Of a DNA stretch of 32,000 nucleotides, positions 17,946 through 26,423 are shown in pieces. A program made the position numbers and the translations under genes. Position 1 is the first letter of the stretch; each line of letters begins with the position of its first letter. The stretch is from NCBI RefSeq assembly GCF_000020385.1, contig NC_010814.1, positions 1,260,001 through 1,292,000 on the forward strand, written 5' to 3'. Source of the DNA: Trichlorobacter lovleyi SZ. Lineage in GTDB: Bacteria; Desulfobacterota; Desulfuromonadia; Geobacterales; Pseudopelobacteraceae. Below the pieces are notes generated by a model. The model worked only from the letters and a program-made list of their open reading frames with translations, was not told where the DNA came from and searched no databases.

Positions 17946-18302
17946 ATATATGATTTTATACGGATGTCAATACCAAAATGAGCTGTACGCGATGGGCAAG
18001 CCGCCGGGATTGTTGAGAAGAGCCGGAAACGGGCTGTGCAGACAGACACGAGCAGGGGACGGCCTGCAGGGTGAACAACGGCAGCCCGCAACTATCGGCT
18101 GGAGGGCTGGGGAGTTGCAGGCTGGCAGCGGCTTGTGAAGGAGTTGTTCGTTGCAGCTGTTGCCGGTGGCGGTAGCAGGTTTGGCAGTGGAATCAGGCTG
18201 GCCTGTCAGCAAGGCCGGGGGAGATCATGGCTGGAGCGGTGCAAGGCGCAGGGCTGCGACAGACTCCCCGTCTCTAGCCATAATGGCTGTCAGTTGAAAA
18301 AG

Positions 18303-19683
18303 TAGACCTGCCTCTTGCAAACGTGGGTTAAGCTGGGAACGAGTAGATTCACAGCACAGAGCCACAACCAAGGAGGCAGGTCATGGAAAAGTCTATCACG
18401 TATGTTGGGCTTGATGTTCACAAAAACTCCATTGATGTCGCTTTGGCCGCTGAAGGCCGTGACAAGGAAGTCCGTTACTACGGCACCATTGACGGCAGTC
18501 TTGATGCCTTGGACAAAGTACTCAGAAAACTGGTTTCACGTGGTTCTGAGCTTCGATTTGCCTATGAAGCTGGCCCCTGCGGTTATGACATCTATCGGCA
18601 CTTGGCCCGTAAGGGTTTTGATTGCATTGTGGTTGCCCCTTCTCTGATTCCCAAGAAAAGCGGCAGCCGAATAAAGAATGATCGTCGTGATGCTGAGATG
18701 CTGGCCCGTCTGCACCGAGCAGGCGAACTGACTCCGGTCTATGTTCCGCGCATCGAAGATGAGGCAATGCGTGACCTCTGCAGAGCCCGTATCGATGCAA
18801 AGAATGCTGAGCGAAAGACCCGTCAGCAGTTAAATGCATTTCTGCTGCGTAGCGGCTTCCGCTATAGCGGCAAAACACTCTGGAGTCTTGCCCACTGGCG
18901 TTGGATATCCGACATACACATGACGCATCCCGCACAGCAGATCACCCTGCAGGAGTATGTGGATGCAGTCAGATCGAACACAGAGCGCGTTGATCGGATT
19001 ACGGAACAGATTCGCCTGCTTGCTGTAGAATGGCGACTCGGTCCGGTTGTCGAAGCGCTCCAGGCTCTGCGGGGAGTCTCTCTGGTAGTTGCCACTACCA
19101 CCGTTGCCGAGCTTGGTGACTTGGGTCGCTTTGACAATCCCCGACACCTGATGGCTTATCTGGGGTTGGTACCATCAGAACACTCAAGTGGAGAGTCAAC
19201 GCAGCGAGGCGGCATTACTAAAACCGGCAATGGACATGCACGCCGAATGCTGGTTGAAGCTGCCTGGTCGTATCGGTTGCCGGCACGGGTCAGCAGACGA
19301 CTTCGAGATCGACAACAGAATCTGCCGCAAGCGATATGGGAAATTGCCTGGAAGGCGCAACTCAGACTGTGTGCCCGCTACAAACGGCTTGTTGCCAAGG
19401 GCAAGCAGACACAGGTGGTGATTACCGCCGTTGCCAGAGAACTGGCAGCGTTCATCTGGGCAATTGCACAGGTGGTTCCGGTAGCTGCATAGAAAGTTTC
19501 AAAGAACGAGTTAAGATTCTGTCCACAGAGGTCGCGGCCAAGGTACCGGAGAATCCTCGGGCCTGTTATGGGATAAGGCAACAGTCGAACTCCCGGCTCT
19601 AGCGAGAGGCAGCTCCACGACGTAGACAAGACATGCGGTAACCAACCCGCGAATATCAGCGTGATCTACCGTCGTTGAAAAAG
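18303..19683 (+). mobile_element. IS110-family insertion sequence (~1.38 kb, ends approximate)
   Basis: It contains the DEDD-type transposase. It is flanked by GTCAGTTGAAAAAG (18289-18302) and ends with GTCGTTGAAAAAG (19671-19683). It has no terminal inverted repeats, as is usual for IS110. The 5' untranslated part is about 80 nt and the 3' part about 190 nt. Confidence 0.7.
18383..19492 (+). CDS. IS110 family transposase (DEDD recombinase)
   Basis: 369 aa. The N-terminal DEDD domain has YVGLDVHKNS and AYEAGPCGY. The C-terminal Transposase_20-like region has GLVPSEHSSGES, GITKTGNGHARRML and VEAAW. AAGGAGG lies upstream. Confidence 0.93.
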   Translation: MEKSITYVGLDVHKNSIDVALAAEGRDKEVRYYGTIDGSLDALDKVLRKLVSRGSELRFAYEAGPCGYDIYRHLARKGFDCIVVAPSLIPKKSGSRIKNDRRDAEMLARLHRAGELTPVYVPRIEDEAMRDLCRARIDAKNAERKTRQQLNAFLLRSGFRYSGKTLWSLAHWRWISDIHMTHPAQQITLQEYVDAVRSNTERVDRITEQIRLLAVEWRLGPVVEALQALRGVSLVVATTTVAELGDLGRFDNPRHLMAYLGLVPSEHSSGESTQRGGITKTGNGHARRMLVEAAWSYRLPARVSRRLRDRQQNLPQAIWEIAWKAQLRLCARYKRLVAKGKQTQVVITAVARELAAFIWAIAQVVPVAA

Positions 19684-19737
19684 GCCCCGTACCTCTGGGA
19701 CAGGAATTTCAAAAGAACAAAGGGGCAGAATGTTTCT

Positions 19738-19897
19738 GATTGCAACTGTCAGCCATATCAACAGGCTGTTGAAAAACGTCACGAGGAAGCTCGGCTACAA
19801 GGCGCACGGCGCACAGCGACTGAGACATAACAGATAGTTAGGCGAAGGAGCGAGCACCGCGCAACGCCGTAGACGGGCACCTCAGTAGTTTTTCAAC
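19738..19897 (+). repeat. copy R2 of the ~130-bp inverted-repeat-bounded element (core 19768-19897)
   Basis: Perfect 10-bp terminal inverted repeats, GTTGAAAAAC (19768-19777) and GTTTTTCAAC (19888-19897). The conserved blocks shared with R1 are listed under that copy. Confidence 0.8.
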
Positions 19898-20027
19898 AAC
19901 CTGCTAAGGCGGTAGTGGTGAGCTTGAATCGGAATTGTACTGGAGGGGTAAGGGTAGCCGGTGTGCCGTACACTGCACGGCACAACCGACAGCCCTGGTG
20001 ACGAGCACCTGGATGGTGCTGAATCTG

Positions 20028-21350
20028 TTAGCTGCCTGAGATTGGCCAGCCCTTTTCAAAGCCGGGCGGGAAGAAGTTTTCTCTGGTGCGGTTGTAGTAG
20101 CCAAACTGAAGCTGCGGGAACTCCTGCTTCAACTCAGTCAGCAGACGGTGCATGCCGATCCCCCGGCCGTTGGCCTGCATGGCCCGGTTGTAGAGATCAG
20201 GATCAATGGACAGGTTCCTGAGTTGCAGCATATCCACCCCGGTGTCGTCCACGAAGCGTTTCAGCGCCGCCACCTCCTCCGGTGCATCGGTCACGCCGGG
20301 GGAGATCAGGTAGTTGACCATGGTAAAGCGGCCAGCCTGTTTGGAGATCTTGAGGGAGCGGATAACGTTGCTGAAGCTGTACCCTTTGGGCCGGTAGTAG
20401 GCGTTGTAGCGTTCTTCCAGGACCGAGTTGAGGGAGAAGCGGAAGGAGTCCATACCGGCGTCGCACAACTCCTCTATCCGCTCCGGCAGGGAACCGTTGG
20501 AGTTGAAGTTGATCGTGCCCCGTGAGGTGGCTGCCTTGAGACGGCGGGTTGCCTCGGCGATGGTGGGGGCCTGCATGATCGGGTCCCCTTCGCAGCCCTG
20601 TCCGTAGGAGACGATCGCCTGTTCAGCCTGTTCCAGATGGGGCAGGGCCAGCTCAATGATCTCTTCCGGGGTGGGTACAAAACTGATCCGGTCGTGGTTG
20701 GAGGGGCAGCATTCCGACGCCTGCAGCGAGATACAGCCCAGGCAGGCCGAGTTGCAGACCGGCGAGGTGGGCAGCGGTGCCTCCCAGCGGCGGAAGAAGA
20801 GGTTCTTGGCAGCAAAGCAGTGATAGTCGATGGCACAGCGGGCCAGCTGCTCCAGCAGGCGGTTGTCCGGCTGTTCTGCCAGCCGCTGCCGCACCAGCGG
20901 GTCCAGCAGCCGGTCATCGTAATTTTCCGGGTTCCAGTTGGTATTGCTGTCGACCCTGGTGGCGGCCACCACGAAGCAGTCCTGCGCTTCATCCCAACCC
21001 ACGGCGGTATAGGACCAGAGCGGCAGCAGCACCTGCTTCTTGCTGTAATCACAGGCCGGCAGCAGGGTGCGGGCAAAGCCCGGAGCCATGAAGGCGGAAA
21101 CCGCCTGCAGTTTGCCCCTGATACCGGGGGCCTTTTCCACCGTGGTAAACCGTTTGGCGCGGTTGTCCCAGGCGATCGGCGGCGTGCCGGGAATGGTGAA
21201 GAGGCGGCTGCCTTCCGGCAGCGGGATCAGTTCAATCTGCTCCGGTAAAACCGCTTCCGGGCCACTCATGCCGGCCATGGTCAGAAAGGGGTGGTCGTAG
21301 ATCTGGCCCTGGGCATCGGCATAGACCAGTTTGGGCAGGGGACGTTTCAT
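20028..21350 (-). CDS. radical SAM protein of unknown function
   Basis: 440 aa with the cluster motif CNSACLGC (CxxxCxxC), preceded by an N-terminal domain of about 190 aa. The start overlaps the lptD stop (ATGA). Confidence 0.85.
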   Translation of the reverse strand: MKRPLPKLVYADAQGQIYDHPFLTMAGMSGPEAVLPEQIELIPLPEGSRLFTIPGTPPIAWDNRAKRFTTVEKAPGIRGKLQAVSAFMAPGFARTLLPACDYSKKQVLLPLWSYTAVGWDEAQDCFVVAATRVDSNTNWNPENYDDRLLDPLVRQRLAEQPDNRLLEQLARCAIDYHCFAAKNLFFRRWEAPLPTSPVCNSACLGCISLQASECCPSNHDRISFVPTPEEIIELALPHLEQAEQAIVSYGQGCEGDPIMQAPTIAEATRRLKAATSRGTINFNSNGSLPERIEELCDAGMDSFRFSLNSVLEERYNAYYRPKGYSFSNVIRSLKISKQAGRFTMVNYLISPGVTDAPEEVAALKRFVDDTGVDMLQLRNLSIDPDLYNRAMQANGRGIGMHRLLTELKQEFPQLQFGYYNRTRENFFPPGFEKGWPISGS

Positions 21351-23464
21351 CGTGCGCCTCCTGTGGGGCTGTTGCCGATGCCGAACAGACCGGTGAGGTT
21401 GAAGTTGACAGTCCAGGCCCTGTCGTTCGGGCGTTCACGGTAGCCGGCGGTCACACTCCAGCACTGATGGCGGAACTCAAGGGCGTAGTAGGATTCAAGG
21501 AAGTCATGTTTATCAAATGAGTAGCGGGTGGTGTAGGTCGCATAGAGCGGCCTGGTCAGGGCGATGCTTGTAGCGCCTTCAAGGTAGTCAAGTTGGCGGT
21601 CAACCATCCGGTAGCTGATCCGGGCCGCATTGCCGCGCAGATCATTGTATTCGACGCCGCTGGCGGTGCTGGAGATACGGTGGTCATAATGGCTGTAGCG
21701 GAGATCGGCCAGCAGCCGGACAGAGCGATGTACCCAGGTCTCGCTCTCCAGGGTCAGATCGCCCCAACGCCGGGAATCATCGGTCAGGGTCAACAGGTCG
21801 GTACGGCTGCCGCTCAGACTGTAGTTCTGCAACAAACGCAGGGTCATCAGGTTGCGGTATTCTGCTGCCCCTTCCTTTTTGGCTATCCGGCCGCCCAGGT
21901 GGCTGGCGAGGGAGAATGCCAGGGTCTGCTGGGCATTCAGACGGTCCAGCTGGTCAAAGAGCGGCACACTGCTCTGGTCCTTATCTCCGACGTAGAGATA
22001 GGAGAGGGTGGGAACCAGCTCATGGCGCATGCGCTGCAGATCAAGAAATGAGACGTCAAAGATCCGGCTGAAGGAACTGCTGATCTGGGCCCCGGCCTTT
22101 GGTATGGCCAGCAGTTGATCATCCTTGAGGCCGGGATCGACCCGGTTGGTGTTATAGCCCCGCACCTGCAGGCTGCCGAACAGGGAGAGGTTCAGCCGGC
22201 CGTCAAACAGGCTGTTGGTTGAGGTCAGGCGTGGTTCCAGCACGGCCCGCTGGCCATCGGTCCCTTTTTCGCGGTAGTAGTTGGTAGCCAGCAGGTCCAG
22301 GTCAAAATAGAGGTTGGGGATGAAGGGAAGTTGCTCCCGGACCGCATACAGTGACAGCTCCGGCGCACGTTGCAGGGTGGTGGTGTTACTGCCGGTGTAG
22401 TAATCCTGGGTATAGATGGTCTGGGCACTGGTCAGCCAGTGATCCCAGAATTTGGTCAGTACGATCCGTGAATCATAGTACTGCCGGTTGTACTCACCGC
22501 TTTTTTCGCCATAGTCGGTCAGGAAGTTCCGGTCGCTGGTCAGGTTAAGGCTGCTGATCAGGGAAAAACTGTCGGAGAACAGTTCTTTGTGGAACTGCAC
22601 CAGTTGACCCCGTTCCTTGTTTTCGTTGTTGTCGTAAATCAGGTAGCCGCCCAGTGAGCCTTCACTGCTACGGCTGAGCTTGTAGCGGTAGTCAAGCCCC
22701 AGGCCGACCCCCCGCTTGGTCTGGACATCCAGGTTAACGGTCGCCTCCTGCGAAGGGGAGATGGCCCAGTAGAAGGGGATATCAACGGCGGCACCGCGTT
22801 TTGAGGAGTTGCCGAATTTGGGGAACAGGAAACCGGACTGACGCTCGCGCTTGACCGGCAGGATGATGTAGGGGAAGTAAAAGACCGGGATGTCTTTGAC
22901 ATAGAAGATGACATGTTTGCCGGTGGCAAACTCCTCCAGGGTGACATCCAGTTCCGATGCCCCGAATTTCCAGCTGGGAACGGCTGCATCACAGGTGGTC
23001 AGGCCGCCGTCCCGCAGGGCATAATCATCATCACCGGTTTTGGCAACCTGTCGGCCGTCAGCCCTGAAGTTGCCCTGGGCCATGAAGATATGGCCGTTCT
23101 CCATCTCCGCCCGCCCGGTCTCGGTGTCCAGTACCAGCTGATCGCCCCAGAGTGTGTCGCCGGCCTTGACCAGATGGACGTTGCCTCTGGCCACCAGGGT
23201 CTGGTTGCTGCGGTTGAAGGTGGCCTCATCGGCGGTCATGGTCATGTCCTGCCAGATCATCTCAACCTTGCCGCTGGCCTTGATCTGATCGCTGGCAGCG
23301 TCATGGTTCATGACATCGGCGCGGATAACCATGCCGGGCGCGGCGGTCTGTTCGGCAGCCTGCAGCAGGGCCGGCATCAGCAGGAATAGTAGAAAAATGC
23401 AGGTACGTAGTTTCAAGATAGGATCCTTACAACATGCACGTCTTACGTTTACAGGGAGACGCAT
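21347..23464 (-). CDS. lptD: LPS-assembly outer membrane protein LptD
   Basis: 705 aa with a signal peptide (...FLLFLLMPALLQA). It has an OstA-like N-terminal beta-jellyroll region and a large, aromatic-rich C-terminal beta-barrel. Confidence 0.9.
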   Translation of the reverse strand: MRLPVNVRRACCKDPILKLRTCIFLLFLLMPALLQAAEQTAAPGMVIRADVMNHDAASDQIKASGKVEMIWQDMTMTADEATFNRSNQTLVARGNVHLVKAGDTLWGDQLVLDTETGRAEMENGHIFMAQGNFRADGRQVAKTGDDDYALRDGGLTTCDAAVPSWKFGASELDVTLEEFATGKHVIFYVKDIPVFYFPYIILPVKRERQSGFLFPKFGNSSKRGAAVDIPFYWAISPSQEATVNLDVQTKRGVGLGLDYRYKLSRSSEGSLGGYLIYDNNENKERGQLVQFHKELFSDSFSLISSLNLTSDRNFLTDYGEKSGEYNRQYYDSRIVLTKFWDHWLTSAQTIYTQDYYTGSNTTTLQRAPELSLYAVREQLPFIPNLYFDLDLLATNYYREKGTDGQRAVLEPRLTSTNSLFDGRLNLSLFGSLQVRGYNTNRVDPGLKDDQLLAIPKAGAQISSSFSRIFDVSFLDLQRMRHELVPTLSYLYVGDKDQSSVPLFDQLDRLNAQQTLAFSLASHLGGRIAKKEGAAEYRNLMTLRLLQNYSLSGSRTDLLTLTDDSRRWGDLTLESETWVHRSVRLLADLRYSHYDHRISSTASGVEYNDLRGNAARISYRMVDRQLDYLEGATSIALTRPLYATYTTRYSFDKHDFLESYYALEFRHQCWSVTAGYRERPNDRAWTVNFNLTGLFGIGNSPTGGAR

Positions 23465-24750
23465 TACCCCCGCACCGCTTCACAGGGAACACCGGCCAGC
23501 AGCGCCTTGAGTTCACCCACCAGAAAGAGTGAGCCGGCAGCTACGATCAAGTCACCGGGTCCGGCTGCTGCCCGCGCTGCCTCCAGGCCGGCTGCAACCG
23601 AGTCTGCGGCTGTGGCCGGAGTCCCTGCCGTCCTGCACCTGGCAGCCAGTTCGGTGGCCGGAAGAGCGCGTTCCTGCGCGGGGCTGACCGTTATAACCTG
23701 CTGAACCCGTTGCAGCAACGGTTGCAATACGCCTTGCAGGTCTTTGTCTTCCATCATCCCCAGTAACAGGATGATCCTGCGTTTACCAAGCTCCTGCAGC
23801 GCCGCTGCCAATGCCTGCGCACCTGCCGGGTTGTGGGCGCCATCCAGCAGCAGTTCGGAACCATCTGCCAGTCTGAGCCGTTCAAGGCGGCCCGGCCAGC
23901 GTGCTGTGGCCAGACCTGCCTGCATGGCCTGCTGGGAAATGGGAAAACCGAGCGTCGCCAGTTGTTCTGCCGCGGCCAGTGCAAGAGCGGCGTTACCGGT
24001 CTGATAGCTGCCGCTCAAGCTGGGGTGCAGACCGCTCAGGCTGCCGGAGCTGCCGGTGAAGGTCAGGCCGGTGTCAGCTCCGTTGCTGGTTGCGTTGAAG
24101 TCCCGGCCGGCCAGCAGGAGCCGGTTGTTGTTTGTCCGGCAGTACTCCTCAATCACCGCCTGCACGTCCGGCGGTTGTACTGCAGAGATAACCGGACTGC
24201 CCGGTCTGGCAATGGCGACTTTCTCAGCTGCAATGGACTGGAGGTCATTACCCAGCCACTGACAATGGTCAAGGGCAATCGGGCTGATGATGGTGGCTAT
24301 GCCCGCTACTGCGGCAGTGGCGTCACTGCGTCCCCCCATGCCGGCTTCCAGCACGGCCAGCTGAACCTTGTTCCTGGCAAACCAGTGGCAGGCCAGGGCG
24401 GTGGTCAGCTCAAAGAACGTGTCATCCGGGCCGGCCTGTTCAAGCAGGTCCGGGATAAGCGCCTCAAGTTGCTCTGGTGGGCAATCAACCCCGTTGACCC
24501 GAAATCGTTCCGTGTAGCTGACAAGGTGGGGAGAGGTAAACAGGCCGGTGCAGTAACCGGCCTGTTCAATGATGGCAGCTAGAAATGCGGCGGTAGAGCC
24601 TTTGCCGTTGGTGCCGACAACATGGATGGCGGCAAAGGAACGTTCCGGGTGACCGTGGCGCTCCAGCAGGGCCGTGATCCGTTCAAGTCCCGGCTTGATG
24701 TTGAAACGTCGCCGGCCAAAAAGCCGGGAAAGCTGCTGTGAAGCGGGCAC
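23464..24750 (-). CDS. folC: bifunctional folylpolyglutamate synthase / dihydrofolate synthase
   Basis: 428 aa with the Mur-ligase-type P-loop HVVGTNGKGST and typical FolC architecture. The stop overlaps the lptD start (TAATG). Confidence 0.92.
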   Translation of the reverse strand: MPASQQLSRLFGRRRFNIKPGLERITALLERHGHPERSFAAIHVVGTNGKGSTAAFLAAIIEQAGYCTGLFTSPHLVSYTERFRVNGVDCPPEQLEALIPDLLEQAGPDDTFFELTTALACHWFARNKVQLAVLEAGMGGRSDATAAVAGIATIISPIALDHCQWLGNDLQSIAAEKVAIARPGSPVISAVQPPDVQAVIEEYCRTNNNRLLLAGRDFNATSNGADTGLTFTGSSGSLSGLHPSLSGSYQTGNAALALAAAEQLATLGFPISQQAMQAGLATARWPGRLERLRLADGSELLLDGAHNPAGAQALAAALQELGKRRIILLLGMMEDKDLQGVLQPLLQRVQQVITVSPAQERALPATELAARCRTAGTPATAADSVAAGLEAARAAAGPGDLIVAAGSLFLVGELKALLAGVPCEAVRG

Positions 24751-24752
24751 GC

Positions 24753-25601
24753 CTACTGCTTGGTGAGCATGGCCAGAATCTGGCCCAGGGTGCTGCGCAT
24801 CTCAAGCCGTGAGACAATCATGTCAACCATGCCGTGGTCAAGCAGGTACTCGGAACGCTGGAATCCGGCCGGCAGCTTCTGGCGAATGGTCTGCTCAATG
24901 ACCCGCGGTCCGGCAAAACCGATTAATGCCTTGGGCTCGGCAATGTTCAGATCGCCCAGCATGGCAAAGCTGGCGGTGACGCCGCCGGTGGTGGGATCGG
25001 TCAGGATCGAGATGAACGGCAGGCCGGCGGCCTTCAGCTTGGCCAGGGCGGCAGAGGTCTTGGCCATTTGCATCAGCGACAGGATTGACTCCTGCATCCG
25101 GGCCCCGCCGGAGGCGGAGATCACGATTACCGGTTGTTTTTTTTCAAGGCCTCGCTCGATAGAGCGGGTGATTTTTTCTCCCACCACACTGCCCATACTG
25201 CCACCCATAAAGGCAAAATCAAAGATGGCAACCTGGGTGGCAATACCTTCAATGCTGCCTTCGACACAGATTACGGCATCGCGGGAACCGCCCTTGGCAA
25301 CCGTGGCATTGATCCGTTCCTGATAGCTCTTGGTGTCTTTGAAGTTCAGGAAGTCGATCGAAGTCATTTCTGCATCGAATTCCTGCCAGCTGCCGTTGTC
25401 CAGCAACGCCTGCAGCCGCTTGCGGGTGGCGATTCTGAAGTGGTGCCCGCATTTGGGGCAGACCTGCAGGTTGTCCTCAATCTCCTTGGTGAGCAGGGAT
25501 TCGCTGCAGCCCGGGCACTTTGTCCAGAGCCCTTCCGGCACCTTGACATGTTTGGTGCTGCTTTTTTCTATCCCTGTCTTGTCACGCTTGAACCAGCTCA
25601 T
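24753..25601 (-). CDS. accD: acetyl-CoA carboxylase carboxyltransferase beta subunit
   Basis: 282 aa with the N-terminal zinc ribbon CPGC...CPKCGHHFRI and a carboxyltransferase domain. Confidence 0.95.
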   Translation of the reverse strand: MSWFKRDKTGIEKSSTKHVKVPEGLWTKCPGCSESLLTKEIEDNLQVCPKCGHHFRIATRKRLQALLDNGSWQEFDAEMTSIDFLNFKDTKSYQERINATVAKGGSRDAVICVEGSIEGIATQVAIFDFAFMGGSMGSVVGEKITRSIERGLEKKQPVIVISASGGARMQESILSLMQMAKTSAALAKLKAAGLPFISILTDPTTGGVTASFAMLGDLNIAEPKALIGFAGPRVIEQTIRQKLPAGFQRSEYLLDHGMVDMIVSRLEMRSTLGQILAMLTKQ

Positions 25602-25625
25602 GGAATATCCTCTCGGGAAAAAATC

Positions 25626-26423
25626 TTACGGCGTAATGGCACGTTTTAATGATCTGATCAATCCGGTTACTTCGGTTTGCAACGGCTCTCCCTGGTACTG
25701 TTCAAACAGTTTGACAATGGCACTGCCGACCACGACGCCGTCGGCGGCGGCTGCCACCTGGGCCGCCTGTTCCGGGGTGGAAATACCGAAGCCGGCCACA
25801 ACCGGGAGCCTGATGGTGTTGCGTACCGTCTGCAGTTCATGCTCAAGGCTGGTGGAGACGGATTGCCGGGCACCGGTAACACCGGTAACCGTTACATAAT
25901 AGAGAAAACCGCTGCCACAGCGGCTGACCTGCTTGATCCGGGTCGCATCCGAGGTGGGGGTCAGCAGGAAGATGATCTCAAGTCCGGCTGCCCTGGCTGC
26001 AGGCAGCAGTTCACCAGCCTCTTCCGGTGGCAGATCAACCAGCAGCAGACCATCAATACCTGCCTGCACGGCATCCTGGGCAAAGCGCTGCCAGCCATAG
26101 GAATAGATCGGATTGCTGTAGCCCATCAGCACAATCGGTGCCGAAACCTGCTCTCTGACCTGGCTGACCATTGCAAGGACCGCCTCGAGGGTGACACCCT
26201 GAGCCAGAGCCCGCTCCGAGGCACGCTGAATGGTGGGGCCGTCAGCCATCGGGTCGGAAAATGGGATGCCGAGTTCAATGATGTCGGCACCGGCCTCTGC
26301 CATGCGCGGCAGCAGGGCTGCTGTGGTGGCCAGATCGGGGTCCCCGGCGGTGATAAAGGTGACCAGGGCCTTGCCGCCCTGCTTGTGTAATTGGGTGAAG
26401 CGGTTGTGAATACGGCTTTTCAT
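25626..26423 (-). CDS. trpA: tryptophan synthase alpha chain
   Basis: 265 aa. The sequences [29 protein letters not shown] and GFGISTPEQ are typical of TrpA. Confidence 0.95.
   Translation of the reverse strand: MKSRIHNRFTQLHKQGGKALVTFITAGDPDLATTAALLPRMAEAGADIIELGIPFSDPMADGPTIQRASERALAQGVTLEAVLAMVSQVREQVSAPIVLMGYSNPIYSYGWQRFAQDAVQAGIDGLLLVDLPPEEAGELLPAARAAGLEIIFLLTPTSDATRIKQVSRCGSGFLYYVTVTGVTGARQSVSTSLEHELQTVRNTIRLPVVAGFGISTPEQAAQVAAAADGVVVGSAIVKLFEQYQGEPLQTEVTGLIRSLKRAITP

Noticed and set aside
17950-18290. ORFs of 62 aa (plus strand) and 81 aa (minus strand) in the GC-rich spacer between lexA and the IS.
   Set aside because: They have no SD, non-ATG or poorly placed starts, and low-complexity products. 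The region is treated as non-coding, and it could be an alternative location for the left end of the IS.
19730-19837. A 35-codon ORF (MFLIATVSHINRLLKNVTRKLGYKAHGAQRLRHNR) with an AAGGGG SD-like sequence, running into repeat R2.
   Set aside because: In copy R1 the same frame has neither the equivalent start nor the equivalent stop. Conservation is therefore at the nucleotide level rather than at the ORF level.
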